From Lama glama (taxonomy: Eukaryota): 64,000 bases of DNA. Under the pieces are notes generated by a model. That model made no database searches. It was not told the DNA's origin and saw only the letters and a program-made list of their open reading frames with translations. The stretch lies in the NCBI GenBank assembly GCA_028534125.1, contig CM052818.1, positions 560,001-624,000 on the forward strand, in the 5' to 3' direction. The first letter of the stretch is position 1; each line of letters opens with the position of its first letter. Positions 40,310 through 52,721 of this stretch are shown piece by piece. Made by a program: the position numbers and the translations under genes.

Positions 40310-42590
40310 TTTTTTTACGTTTTAAAAATTGTGAGTTCCATATATAGGCAAGTACAGTTTAATGAAAATTATAAAATGAACACATGCGTAACCACCCACC
40401 TAGATCAAGAAGGAGGCCGTTTCCAGTTCCCTAGAAGTCCCCTGTGTACCTGTCCCAGTCACAGCCGTCTCCCATCCCCCAGAGGCAACCACGCTCTTGA
40501 CTTGTGGCAATGATTTCCTTGTTTTTCTTTCATTTAAGGTTGAACCATATGAAATTGCCATTTTTTGTATAAAAAATCATTGAATATCTGGAATTTTATA
40601 TTTCAGCCTAGTAATTTCACCACCTGTGTGTGGATCTCTAGACAGTATAGTTTAATTGAGCCTGGTTTTAAGTATTATTTGAGTGTAATCTTAGTGTATT
40701 TGCTGTGTGCGGTGTCTGTTTCACTCAACGGTGGCGGTGTGGTATCTGGCCGTGCTGCAGCGCCTTGACAGATCTCACTGCTGTGAACATACGCTGTTAC
40801 ATGGCTCTGTTATGTTTTATTATCCTTTCCACTGTTGCTGGATTTGTAAGTTGTTTCCATTTTTGACTACTGCTAATAATGTTGCTGTAAAAATCCTTGT
40901 ACGTGTCTTGATGTATGTGACAAAGATTTCTTCTAGGACAGGATCAGCAATTTAGGGTCCTTTACATAGTTTTTTGGTTCTGTTTGTTAGTTTTTTTAAA
41001 CTTTTTATTTTGAAATGATTTTATGTTCATGGAAGAGTTGCAGAGTTGGTACAGATTTCGTGTATACTTGTTACCCCACATCCCCTAGTATCAATGTCTT
41101 AAATGATTACGGTACATTTCAAACTAAGACGTTAACATTAGTACAATACTATTAACTGTAGACTCTTTGGATTTCGTCAATTTTTCCACTAATGTCCTTC
41201 CGTTCTAGGACCTATTGCATGACACCACATTGCACTTAGTTGTATATCTCCCCAGGTGGGAAATGAACTTACCCACTGTGGAACAGTATTTGTGTGAAGT
41301 TCTTTTTGTTTATAGCCTTACAGTATCCAAAGTACTGTTTTCCAGAGTTACTATTACACCGTCTTAACAGTCTCGTTCCTTTCACTTAGAAAAATTCATT
41401 AAAAATTCATCCATGTTGTTCTGTGAATCAGTAGCTTGTACCTTTTTTTTAAAATTGTAGTGAACTTCAATAAAATAAAATTATTAATTTTAAAATGAAC
41501 AGTTCAATGACATTTAGTACATTCACAATGTTGTGAAATAATCATCTCTGTCTAGATTTAAAACACTTTCCTCACTCCAAAATAGAACCCTGTCCCCTTT
41601 AAGTAATGACTCTCCATTCTTCCCTCCTCCTAGCCTCTGGCAGCCATAATCTGTTTTCTGTCTCTCTGGATTTACCTATTCTGGATATTTTATATGGATG
41701 GAATCCTGTGATACGTGATACTTTGTACCTGGCTTTTTTTTTTTTTTCCACAGTGTTTCTGAAGGTTCACTCACATTGTAGCATGTATCAGTACTCCATT
41801 CCTTTTTTTTTTTTTTCAGATTGTGGTAAAATTTGCCATCTTAACCATTATAAAGTGTACAGTTTAGTGGCATTCACAGTATGGTGCAACCATCACCACT
41901 ATTTCTAAAACTGTTTCAACACCCTAAACAGAAACTCTGTACCCATTAAGCAATAACTCCCCATTCCTCACTCCTCCCAGCTCCTGGTAACTTCTAATCT
42001 AATATTTATCGCATTGAATTTGCCTATTCTAGGTATTTCATAAAAGTAGAAAAGTATAATATCTGTCCTTGTATGTGTGGCTTGTTTCACTCAGCCTGCC
42101 GTTTTCCAGGTTCATCCGTGTTGCAGTATGTATCGGAACTTTATTCTTTTTTTCTGATCAAGTAATGTTTCATTGTATGGATATACCACATTTTGTTCAT
42201 CTGTTGGTGGACAGCTGTGTTGTTTTCGCCTTTTGGCTCTGTGAATTATGCTGCAGTGAACATTGCATCCAGGTGCCGTTTGAGTCTTTGTTTTCAGTCC
42301 ATTCGGGTATGTACCTAGAAGTGGAGTGGTTTGCCGACCCTGGTCTAGAATATGTATCGTGATAAACTGACTTCCAAAGTGGTTAGACTACAGTCTTGAC
42401 AACGCATAGTTTTATCAGATTTTAAATTTTTTTGCCAGTTTGGTCCGTGTGTGATGGTGTTTCATTGTGATTTTAATTTGTATTTCCTGATTTCTAATGG
42501 GTTGAACACATTTTCGCATGTTTATTATAAGCCATTTGAATTTCCTGTTTTGTAACGTGCCATTACTTTTCCAGTTGGTGGTTTGCCTTT
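40310..42590 (-). mobile_element. Nested cluster of old L1 3' ends (L1MA/MB/MC/ME-like)
   Basis: Several successive poly-T-headed antisense L1 3' ends at about 40310, 40990, 41445 and 41805. Confidence 0.7.
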
Positions 42591-42626
42591 CTAAATGAAT
42601 GCTGATGAATTGGTGTCTCCAGATAA

Positions 42627-42740
<114 letters not shown>

Positions 42741-45100
42741 TGAGTGATGTCCAGGGAGAAGTGGGCAAGGTGCTAATAGACCGTGGATTTTGAGCACCTC
42801 TCGTTTTCATTGACAGTTTACAGAAGGGAACCCCTGATGTACAAACTGTGAGGAGTTGAATGCAGGATTTTCACCCCCAGTGCTCTGGGTTTCTTTCTGT
42901 ATATAGATCTGCCCTCTATATAGCTCCTTTCGCGCTCTCTTGAAATATTTTTTTACGGAAGGAAGGGAGTTAAACAGTTGTGTGTCCTATACAACTTCCC
43001 ACGGTCTGAGTTTGGCTGCTACCTTTACTGTGGTGTCGTTTCACCTTTTCTTCTGCCCTGTGTCCTGCAAACTGGTGTTCGATCTAAAGGCTTGATCAGA
43101 ATCAGATTGTTTCTTCTTTCTTTCAAAACACCTCTACTAGGAGGAACGTAATGTCTCATCTTTGGCCAATCGGCACCGATTCAGATGGTCTCCTGAGTCT
43201 TTCGACATGATCCTAGGAGTTCTTAATTCCTCATATGACAAGGTGTTCTGGGCTTACATTGTACATTTATCCAAGAAGTCCTGGTTCCTTTTACTGGGGG
43301 AAAAACCGGCTCTGGGTGCTAGGGGCGCTCACTGCTACTGGGGTCTTCATTGTTCTAGGCCATTTCAGTAGAAACAGCCAAGATGTATGTGTAGGTTTTT
43401 TATTTTTGTTATTGTTTAGTGATTAAATACATCAAATACATCATGAGTTGATGCTGGCACTTCCAGCTCAAACTCCGGACTGTAGAGCTTTTACTTAACA
43501 GCTTTTTCGGTTTTCTGAAGCTGTTTGTATACATAGATACTTTAAAATCTAGGTACATGTTCACAGCAGTCATTAAATACTATGGGTTCCAGAGAATAGA
43601 GAGATAAAATAGCTTGGTGGTTGACAACATATGGACACCAGAACTAGGCTAAGGTCTAATGCCGGCCCTTCCAATCACCCCTGAGTCCTTTGGCAAGTTG
43701 CTTCACTTCTCTGTGACTCAGTTTTCTTGTCTATAAAACGGAGATGATACAGGTACCTAGACTGGAGGAAAGTTGTGAGAATAGACTGAATTGATGTCTG
43801 GAAAGCACGTAGTGTTTACTAGTAAGTACTACATGCAGGGCATGTACATCATATCCACATGTACTGACTACATTTTCATAACAAGCATTAGTGTTTTAAT
43901 AGTAAGGGCACAGATCGTGTAGCTATAAATGCGTTTGTTCACACATATACATACAGATGTGTGGAAGGCTGAGTAGCTTAGAATTTCCACAGATCTGGGG
44001 ACCAGATTTCATTTGACCCGGGTAGTCAAACTAATATTGTCATTAATATAGCAGGGAACATAATTTTGAACTTAATGACTGTGTTGGTACCCTCAAATGA
44101 ATAAAAGGTAAGGTGAATAGAGGACAGTGATCTGCTGTAAATACTCTTAATCACCCAGTACCATCTGGAAACGTTTATATTCAAAGTACCCCATCAGAAA
44201 AGCATTTGATCAAAGACCCCATCTGTAAATTCAAGCCCTATTGAAAGGGCACCTCTGAGTCCATGAGAATCACCACAATCTACAAATAACAAATGTTGAC
44301 CAGGATGTGGAGAAAGGGGAACCCTAGTACACTGTTGGTGAGAGTGAAGCATTTGAAACAGTGTTTGTGTTGTCCATGCCCACCCGCATGTGCCCCCATG
44401 CATATGTGTTGCTGTCTCAAGGTTGGAGCGGGCGTTATTTTGGCCGGGGGTTTTTGTGAGCAATCTTGACACTATTGTTTTATGGGTCGAGGGCTGCAGG
44501 GGAGTCAGATGTATAAGTTCGACCTGGGACAGTTTTTGAGTGTTTGTTTTTTGGTAACAGTTTCACAAGATTTCTAGACAGCTCTCTAAATAACCTTTAA
44601 TTATAGAAGATATGTTTTTAAACAAGGATTAAGAGATAATGATAAAGTTGAGATTTGTCCTTTTCTTTTTTTTTCTCATTGCTTTAAAAATAACAGCCAA
44701 GTATAGATTCTTCACAAACTGATCCAAGGAAGGAATTCCTCTCAAGACCAGGAATACTTGTGTTTTTCCTCAGCAACTGGTTTATTTTTATCTTAAGGAC
44801 CTTGTAAATCATGTAACAGATTGTGTTTCCATCTTTATGTTGGCTGCTAGTAAGCTTAGAGCCAGCTTTGTGTACGCTCATTCGGAGGAATGTAATTTCT
44901 CAACTTTGGCCCATGGGAACCTGTTTAGATTCACTCCTGAGTCCTTTGATATGACCCTAAAGAGTCTTCATTAGCTTCCTTGATTTCTCATGTAATGAAA
45001 TGCTGCAGGCTCATCTCTCAAACATATGCACAGGATCCCACGGTTGGCATTTTGCATACCAGCATCATGTCCGTCTGCTTCCCCCTTTACTCTGACTTCA

Positions 45101-45260
45101 TCCCTTCCCTTCCCTTCCCTTCCCTTCCCTTTTTTCTTTTCTTTTCTTTTCTTTTCTTTTCTTTTCTTTTCTTTTCTTTTCTTTTCCTTTCTTTTCCTTT
45201 CCTTTCCTTTCCTTTCCTTTCCTTTCCTTTCCTTTCCTTTCCTTTCCTTTCCTTTCCTTT
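45101..45260. repeat. Compound pentanucleotide microsatellite (CCCTT)n(CTTTT)n(CCTTT)n
   Basis: 160 nt of uninterrupted pyrimidines on the + strand. Confidence 0.97.
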
Positions 45261-45799
45261 ATCATCACACAGACATCTTTTTAAGCTCCTTCTGGAACAA
45301 GGAGGGGAATGAATGACTGCTGAAAGTCACCTGGCTGTGGGTCTGGTTTGAGAATGATCTAGGCTGCCTCTATCTCTAGACTTCCCCTGCAGGACTACTC
45401 TACTGCCAGGAGTTGGCCAAGGCAAGGAGGGGAAGCAAACTGAAATCAAGGAGACATTGGTGCCTTTAGCTTATCTGGTAAAGATTGAGAGGACACAGGG
45501 AGAGATCAAACACCAGTCTTAAATATTACCAAATTTATTAATGGGTTTCATATGTTCTGAGTACCCAGGTCCTCTTTATCATAGATAATTGGAGTCAGAT
45601 GTTCAAACCCATCTCTGAAAATGGTGTGCTACACAGAGTCACGTGTCCTCTAACTGGAAAGGGGGCCCTCTAGGAATTCACTGAATGTTTACTCTAGAAA
45701 TGAAGAACACACACAGTGCTAGTAAATCCTCTGAGTTTGAGGAGAACTGGACTCATTACTGTGTGACAGAGATTACCCCTAAGAATCACCACTCTAGGT

Positions 45800-45974
45800 C
45801 AGTGGTTCTCAAGCTTGAACGTGAATCAGGTCTCCTGGAAGGCTTGTGAATAAATGGATCACTGTGCCCCACCCCAGACTTTCCAACCCAGCAGGTCTGG
45901 GATGGGACCCGAGGGCCTATATTCCTCTCATTTCTAGGGGATGCTGGCCCTAGCACCACCTTTGAGAATCACTG
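45800..45974. mobile_element. MER5A-like hAT-Charlie element
   Basis: TIRs cagtggttctcaa / ttgagaatcactg; internal caggtctgggatgggacccgag. Confidence 0.8.
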
Positions 45975-46149
45975 GCTGAGACAGTCAAGTTACCCTTTAG
46001 AGCAAGGTTTCAGCCTATCCTTGCAGACTTAGTTTAGGGTCTAGGAGTTCATCTGTATCCTAGAAGGTTCTCTTAACAATAGGCCAGAAAGTAAGACATT
46101 TAAGAAAAAAGAACTAAATCCAGAGTTGGTTGGTTGCCTTTAAATGTAG

Positions 46150-49100
46150 AGACACAAGGAAAAACAAACTGCAAAAAACCATGAACCCATGAAGGTTAAG
46201 CAAAATGCTACTAAATAACCAATGGATCACTGAAGAAATCAAAGAAATCCAGAAATACCTACAGACGAATGAAAATGAAAACACCACCACCCAGAACCTG
46301 TGGGAGGCAGCGAAAGCAGTTCTTAAAGGGAAGTTATAGCAATACAAGCTTAACCTCAGGAAACAAGAAACATCTCAAGTCAGCAGCCTAACCTTACAAC
46401 TTAAAGCAACTACAGAAAGAAGAACAAACAAAACCCAAAGTTAGTAGAAAAAATGAAATCATAAAAGATCAGAGCAGAAATAAATGAACTAGAGATTTAA
46501 AAAAAGTAGAAAAGAGCAATGAAACTAAAAGCTGGTTCTTTGAAAAGATAAACAAAATTGATAAACTTTGGGCCAGACTCATCAAGAAAAAAAGGGAGAG
46601 GGCCTAAATCAGTAAAATCAAATGAAAAAGGAGAAGTTACCACCGACCCCACAGAAACACAAAGGATCGTAAGAGGCTACTATGAACAATTTTATGCCAA
46701 CCTAGAAGAAATGGACAAATTCTTAGAAAGGCACAGTCTCCCAAGACTAAACCAGAAAGAAATAAAAAATATGAACAGACCAATTACCAGTTCTTCCACT
46801 GGATCAGTAATTTAAAAACTCCCAACAAACAAAAGTCCAGGACCAGATGGCTTCACAGGTGAATTCTAGCAAACATTTAGAGAAGAGTTAACACCTATCC
46901 TTCTGAAACTATTCCCCACAGTTGCAGAGGAAGGAACACTTCCAAACTCATTCTGTGAGGCCACCTTCACACTCTGATTCCAAAACCAAAAATGTCACAG
47001 AAAAGAAAATTACAGGCCAATATCACTGCTTAACATAGATGCAGAACTCTTCAACAAAATACTAGCAAACCAACTCCAACAATACATTAACACGTTGGTC
47101 ACCCACTGTGGATGGAGTGTGTTTCCTGCGGGGCCCGAATTCACACGTCACCCCAGTGTAATGCACTGGCAGTATATGTGCTTATCATTAATCTCTGTTT
47201 TTCCAGTGTAATTGAAATTGTTTTTAAAAAATAATTTCTCATTTTCAATTTTCAACCTATTTAGAGTTTTATTTCTTCTTTGAATGTCATTATTCTGCAC
47301 GGAATAAATTCAGGTAACAAAATAGTTTGGGACACTGTGGCGCTACTTGTAAACAAATTACTTGTAAAAACCTGCATAATTGAATGAAGAGAAAAAAATA
47401 TTTTCTATCTGTATATATACTTATATGTTGTTCTATTAGATACTTGTATTACAGACAAAAGTTGTTGCAAATTACTTGTAAAAACCTGAATAATTGGATG
47501 AAGGAAAGTATCATCCATATCTGGGTGACAGGGCCCCTGAGGAAACAAAACTTCACCTGGATTTGGGTGACATGGCGATCAATGTGTTAAGAGGATTGTA
47601 CACCATAATCAAGTTGGATTCATCCCAGGGATGCAAGGATTTTTCAATATCCATAAATCAGTCAGGGTGATACAGCACATTAACAAATTGAAGAGTAAAA
47701 GCCGTATGATCATCTCAATAGATGCAGAAAAAGCTTTTGATAAAGTTCAACATCTATTTATGACAAAAACTCTCCAGAAAGTGGTCTTATGGGGAACACA
47801 ACTCAACATAATAGAGGCCATATATGACAAACCCATAGCAAACATCATACTCAATGTGAAAAGCTCAAAGCATTTCCTCTAATAGCAGAACAAGACAAGA
47901 ATGCCCACTCTTAGCACTTTTGTTCAACATAGTTTTGTTAAGTCCTAGCCACAGCAATCGGAGAAGAAAAAGAAATGAAAAGGGTACAAATTGGAAAAGA
48001 AGTAAAACTGTCACTGTTTGAAGATGACATGAATCTGTGCATAGAAAATCCTAAAGATGCCACCAGAAAACTACTAGAGCTCATCAATGAATTTGGTAAA
48101 GTTGCAAGATACAAAATTATTATACAGAAATCTGTTGCATTTCTACACTAACAATGAAATATCAGAAAGAGAAATTAAGGAAACAATCCCATCTACCATT
48201 GCATCAAAAAGAATAAAATACCTAGGACTAAGCCTACCTAAGAGGCAAAAGACCTGTACTCTGAAAACTATAAGACACTGATGAAAGAAATTGAAGATGA
48301 CACAAGCAGATGGAAAGATATACCATGTTCTCGGATTGGAAGGATCAGTATTGTTAAAATGGCCATACTGCCCAAGGCATTATACAGATTCAATGCAATC
48401 CTTATCAAATTACCAATGGCATTTTTTCACAGAACAGAACAAAAAAATTTTAACCTGTATAGGAACAAAGAAAACCCTGAATAGCCAAAACAATCTTGAG
48501 AAAAAATGGAGCAGGAAGAATTACACTCCCTGACTCAGACTATACTACAAAGGTACAGTAATCAAAACAGTATGGTACTGGCACAAAAACAGACACATAG
48601 ATCAATGGAACAGGGTAGAAAGTCCAGAAATAAACTCACACACTTATGGTCCATTAATCTACGACAAAGGAGGCAAGAATATACAATAGAAAATAGATAG
48701 TCTCTTCAATCAGTGGTGCTGAGAAGACTGGACAGCTACCTGTAAAAGAAGGAAATTAGAGCATTTGCTAACACCATATATTTATACAAAAATAAACTCA
48801 AAATGGTTTAAAGACCTAGATGTTAAGACTGGATACTCCTAAACTCTTAGCAGAAAACATAGGCAAAACACTCTGACATAAATCATGACAATATTTTTTT
48901 TCAATCCATCTCCTAGAGTGATGGAAAAAGCAAAAATAAGCAAATGGGACCTAATTAAACTTAAAAGGTTTTTGCACAGCAAAGGAAACTATAAACAAAA
49001 CAAAAAGACAGCCTACATAGTGGGAGAAAATACTTGCAAATGTTGAGACTGACAAGGGATTCATTTCCAACATATACGAACAGCTCATACAGTTCAATAT

Positions 49101-50066
49101 CAAAAACAAAACAGAACAAAACAAACAATCCAATTAAAAAATGGGCAGAAGCCCTAAACAGACATTTCTCCAAAGAAGACGTACAGGTGGCCAAGAGGCA
49201 CATGAAAAGATGCTCAACATTGCTAACTGTTAGAAAAATGCAAATCAAAACTACAAGGTATCACCTCACACCAGTGAGAATGCCCATCATTAAAAGTTCT
49301 ACAGATAATAAATACTGGAGAAAATGTGGAGAAAAAGGAACCCTCCTACACTGTTGGTGGGAATGTAAATTGGTGCAGCCACTATGGAGGACAGTATGGA
49401 GGTTCCTTAAAAACTAAAAATAGACTTACCATATGATCCAGCAATCCCACTCCTGAACATATATCTGGAGGGAACTCTAATTCAAAAAGATAACATGCGC
49501 CCCAATGTTCATAGCATCACTGTTTACAATAGTCAGGAACATGGAAGCCACCTAAATGTCCATTGACAGATGAATGGAAAAAGATGTGGGGGGGGGTGCG
49601 CACATAAAAAATATTACTTGGCCATAAAAAAGAATGAAATAATGCCGTTTGCAGCCATGGATGGACCTAGAAATGATCGAATTAAGTGATGTAAGACAGA
49701 GAAAGACAAATAGGATATCTCTTATATGTGGAATCTAAAAGAAATGATACAAATGAACTTATTTACAAACAGAAATAGACTCACAAACATAGAAAAAAAA
49801 CTGATTACCAAAGGGAAAGGAGTGAGGGAGGGATAAATTAGGAGTTTGGGGTTAGTAAATACACACTACTATATAGAGAAGGTACAAACAACAAGGACCT
49901 ACTGTATGGCACAGGGAAGTGTATTAAATATCTGTAATAACCTTTAATGGAGAAGAATCTGAGAAAGATAGTATATGTCTAATTGAATCTCTTTGCTGTG
50001 CACCAGCAACTAACGCAACATTGTAAATCAACTATGCTGCAATAAAAAAGTTTTTTTAATAAAAAA
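46150..50066 (+). mobile_element. 5'-truncated LINE-1 (broken ORF2 + 3' UTR + A-rich tail), sense to TET3, interrupted by a 496-bp insertion
   Basis: Frameshifted ORF2 peptides ([10 protein letters not shown]...[17 protein letters not shown] at the RT active-site position; HMKRCST...LLHCWWEC); AATAAA at 50041 and 50058; no clear TSD found. Confidence 0.96.
47091..47586. mobile_element. piggyBac-like non-autonomous element (MITE), 496 bp
   Basis: TTAA on both sides (47087-47090, 47587-47590); 13-nt imperfect TIR (10/13); 16-nt subterminal inverted repeat (14/16); host L1 ORF2 is rejoined on removal. Confidence 0.85.
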
Positions 50067-51179
50067 TTAAACACAGACAGTTTTGCTTTAAAAAAAAAGT
50101 CTAGCTGATCAGATAGTGCTTGGCCCTTTTATTTGCTCTCAGCTATGAAGTTCACGACAGGAAGTTTCTCACAAGGATGGGATGGTGGAGACAGTCCTGG
50201 TCAGAAAGCCCGAGTCTGTGTCCTCAGCTCACCCTCCTGCGGGGAACACGATATCCTGTCCGTTTCAGTGAGAGCAGTGTGGTCACCTCGGGCCATTCTT
50301 CCCAGAGTGACCCCAGGACACGCTGAGTGCCCAGGCTCTGCACTTGAGGGCCGCTTCCTGATAAATGCTTGTTGAGCTGAAAGTTTTCCAGGAGCCAAAC
50401 AAAAGCGACACTCTTCCTCTTGAGCCAGACCAGCTATATAAACTCCCCGGAGTCCTATCTCCAAACACATTCTATAAGGGACTAACATAGCCTCGGAATT
50501 TTAACGTGGCAGTTATCAGGAACTCCTTTCACCTCATTCCCGAGGTCTTGAGTGAAATAGAGAACACTGAACTCAGGGGAAACTTAGATCAACATTTTAA
50601 AAAATGTTTTTCTTTTCCAATTACAAAAATAAAACATGTCTATAAAAGGCCTTAAAAAAAAGTCTAGAGTGAATAAATCTCTTTAGTAATCATCCTTCCC
50701 AGAAGAAACTGTTTTTTAAAAGTTTGATGCTTATCTTTCTATTTTTTTCTAAGCATTTACAAAGACACACATATGTATATAGACAAAGTTTGAACAAAAT
50801 GGAATCAAGCTTACTATACCCACGCTTGTAGCTGCTTCCCCCGCCCCACCGAATGTCTTTCTGGTCAGTACGTATAATTCTGTTGAATTCTTTTTGATAG
50901 CTAAATGGTTTTCCATTGCATGGGAATGTATTATATTTATTATTTAGCCAGTCCTATACTGGATATTTAAGTTGTTCCTAAATTTTCTCTTGATACAACA
51001 GTGAATATCTTGTTCCTAAATCTTGGTGTACTTGTACATTGATTTCTGAGGTAGAGATTCCTAGAAGTGAAGTGGATAAAATAAAGAATTATGTGTAACT
51101 GTGTATGTATTTATGTAAAGAAAATGTATTGCAGTAATAGCTCTGATAACGTTACCCTCTATTAAATAGTATATGAAAA

Positions 51180-51660
51180 TAGCATGCCATGATCAAATTG
51201 GATTTATTATAGAAATACAAGGGTAGTTTAATTGAGATAGTCCGTTAAAATAGCATACCATGTTAATTGGCCAAAGGAGAAAGACCATTCAATCATCTGA
51301 GTCTGTAGATGCTAAAAATACATTTGATAAAAAGTTATTAATTCTTTTTTATTATATATATATTTTAAAGTAATTAATTTTTGATTGAAAAATCCTTAGA
51401 GCAGGAAACGCTTAGGAGAGTCTGTGTCTCTGTCCCGAAGTCAGCGAGCTTCATGCTCAGTGACAGTCAGAAGCATTTCCAGTAAGAATAAACACAGATA
51501 CCTGCCCGCACTTGGGAAGCCCTGACCAGCGCAGACAGGCCAGAGACTGACCTAGAGGCACGGGGAGTGGGAAGGCGGCGGTGGCAAATGACCACTGTTC
51601 GCAGGTGATGCTGTACCTGAAAGTAAAAAATTATTACAGATAAGGCAATTCAGTAAGGGG
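51180..51660 (+). mobile_element. Ancient L1M ORF2 (RT region) fragment
   Basis: ccatgatcaaattggatttat...gatgctaaaaatacatttgataaaa is homologous to about 47600-47745 but much more diverged. Confidence 0.65.
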
Positions 51661-51679
51661 GCTGTTTACATTATTAAGA

Positions 51680-52010
51680 ATAATGAGTGTTTATTGGGCT
51701 CCTCCTCATGCCAGGAACGTCAGAGTACTTAAATGCATTCTCTGTGGATTGTTTCACTTGATCTTTTCCCGAGCCTAGGAGGCAGGAATCATTTTTATCT
51801 CCATTTCACAGATGAGGAATCTGAGGCTTCATTTGGCCACAGTCCTGTAACAGAAAAGAGACGGGGCTGGCCCTCAAGCCCCAGCTGTCTGACCGCCAAG
51901 GCTGCGCTTTAACCACCGTTGCCCCCAGGTAGCTGTGTGGCCTTGGGCAGGTCAGTTCAGCTCTGGGGGCCATAGTTTCATCACCTCTGAAAGTGGTGTG
52001 GTTGATTACC
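51680..52010. mobile_element. MIR SINE fragments
   Basis: MIR core ccatttcacagatgaggaatctgaggct and ctgtgtggccttgggcaggtca. Similar MIR remnants at about 7690-7815, 12110-12280, 29320-29520, 43600-43830 and 61130-61330. Confidence 0.7.
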
Positions 52011-52627
52011 TGGTCTCAGATCCTTGAGTGTGTGCGGCGTGCGTGGGCCTGGGCAGGGGTGTGTGGGCAACAGACACGGTTCACAGCAGTCCAGGGGAGT
52101 CTCAGCCAGTGTGTGCTGGGTTAGGGTCACTCCCCCCCCACCCCAGCCCCCCACCCCCGGTCTCAGCTGTCTGTCCTCATCTGTTCAAATGTCAGTTGGG
52201 GATTGTTGAAAGAGAATGACAAGGGTTTCCCCATTTATTTTCTTTTGATTATTGAGTTTGTAAATAACTCATTCTCAGGGCAGCTCAGCTAACAGGGCTG
52301 GATACAGATGCCCGTGTTGAGCCTTTGGTTTGAGTGCCCTTCCCGGAGGCTCGGGGTAACAGTCAGAGACCTGCTGCCGGACTGCTCCCTCCGCCCTGGG
52401 GCAGAGTGAGGTCAGGTGGGCCAGAGGCCCTGAGGGGAGCCTGTAAGTGGAGCTGTGTCCCCAGAGGCTGTTGCACAGAATAAACAATTAAACCTTCCCC
52501 CCCTCCTCTGTGCCCCGACAGTAACTGGAAACCCAAGCTGAAGCACACTGAGGCTGGCCTTCTTACCCAGAGTGGCTCTCCTTTGCGGTTCTGCTGTGCT
52601 AACGGTGGCTTCTGTCTCCATCTCCAG

Positions 52628-52721
52628 GTACGGAGAGAAGGGGAAGGCCATCCGGATCGAGAAGGTCATCTACACGGGGAAGGAGGGGAAGAGCTCACGC
52701 GGCTGCCCCATCGCGAAGTGG
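52628..52721 (+). CDS. TET3: TET3 coding exon (94 nt): (R)[31 protein letters not shown]
   Basis: tctccag| acceptor, TGG|GTACGT donor; phase 2 to 0; conserved TET Cys-rich motif GCPIAKW. Confidence 0.97.

Noticed and set aside
44980..45316. Phe/Ser/Leu/Pro-rich hydrophobic ORFs
   Set aside because: They are translations of the pyrimidine microsatellite.
47384..47590. 68-aa ORF inside the TTAA-flanked element as a transposase remnant
   Set aside because: Short, AT-rich, overlaps an internal duplication and shows no recognisable transposase motif.
46558..49417. Functional reverse transcriptase gene
   Set aside because: L1 ORF2 is 5'-truncated, has multiple stops and frameshifts, and is interrupted by an insertion.
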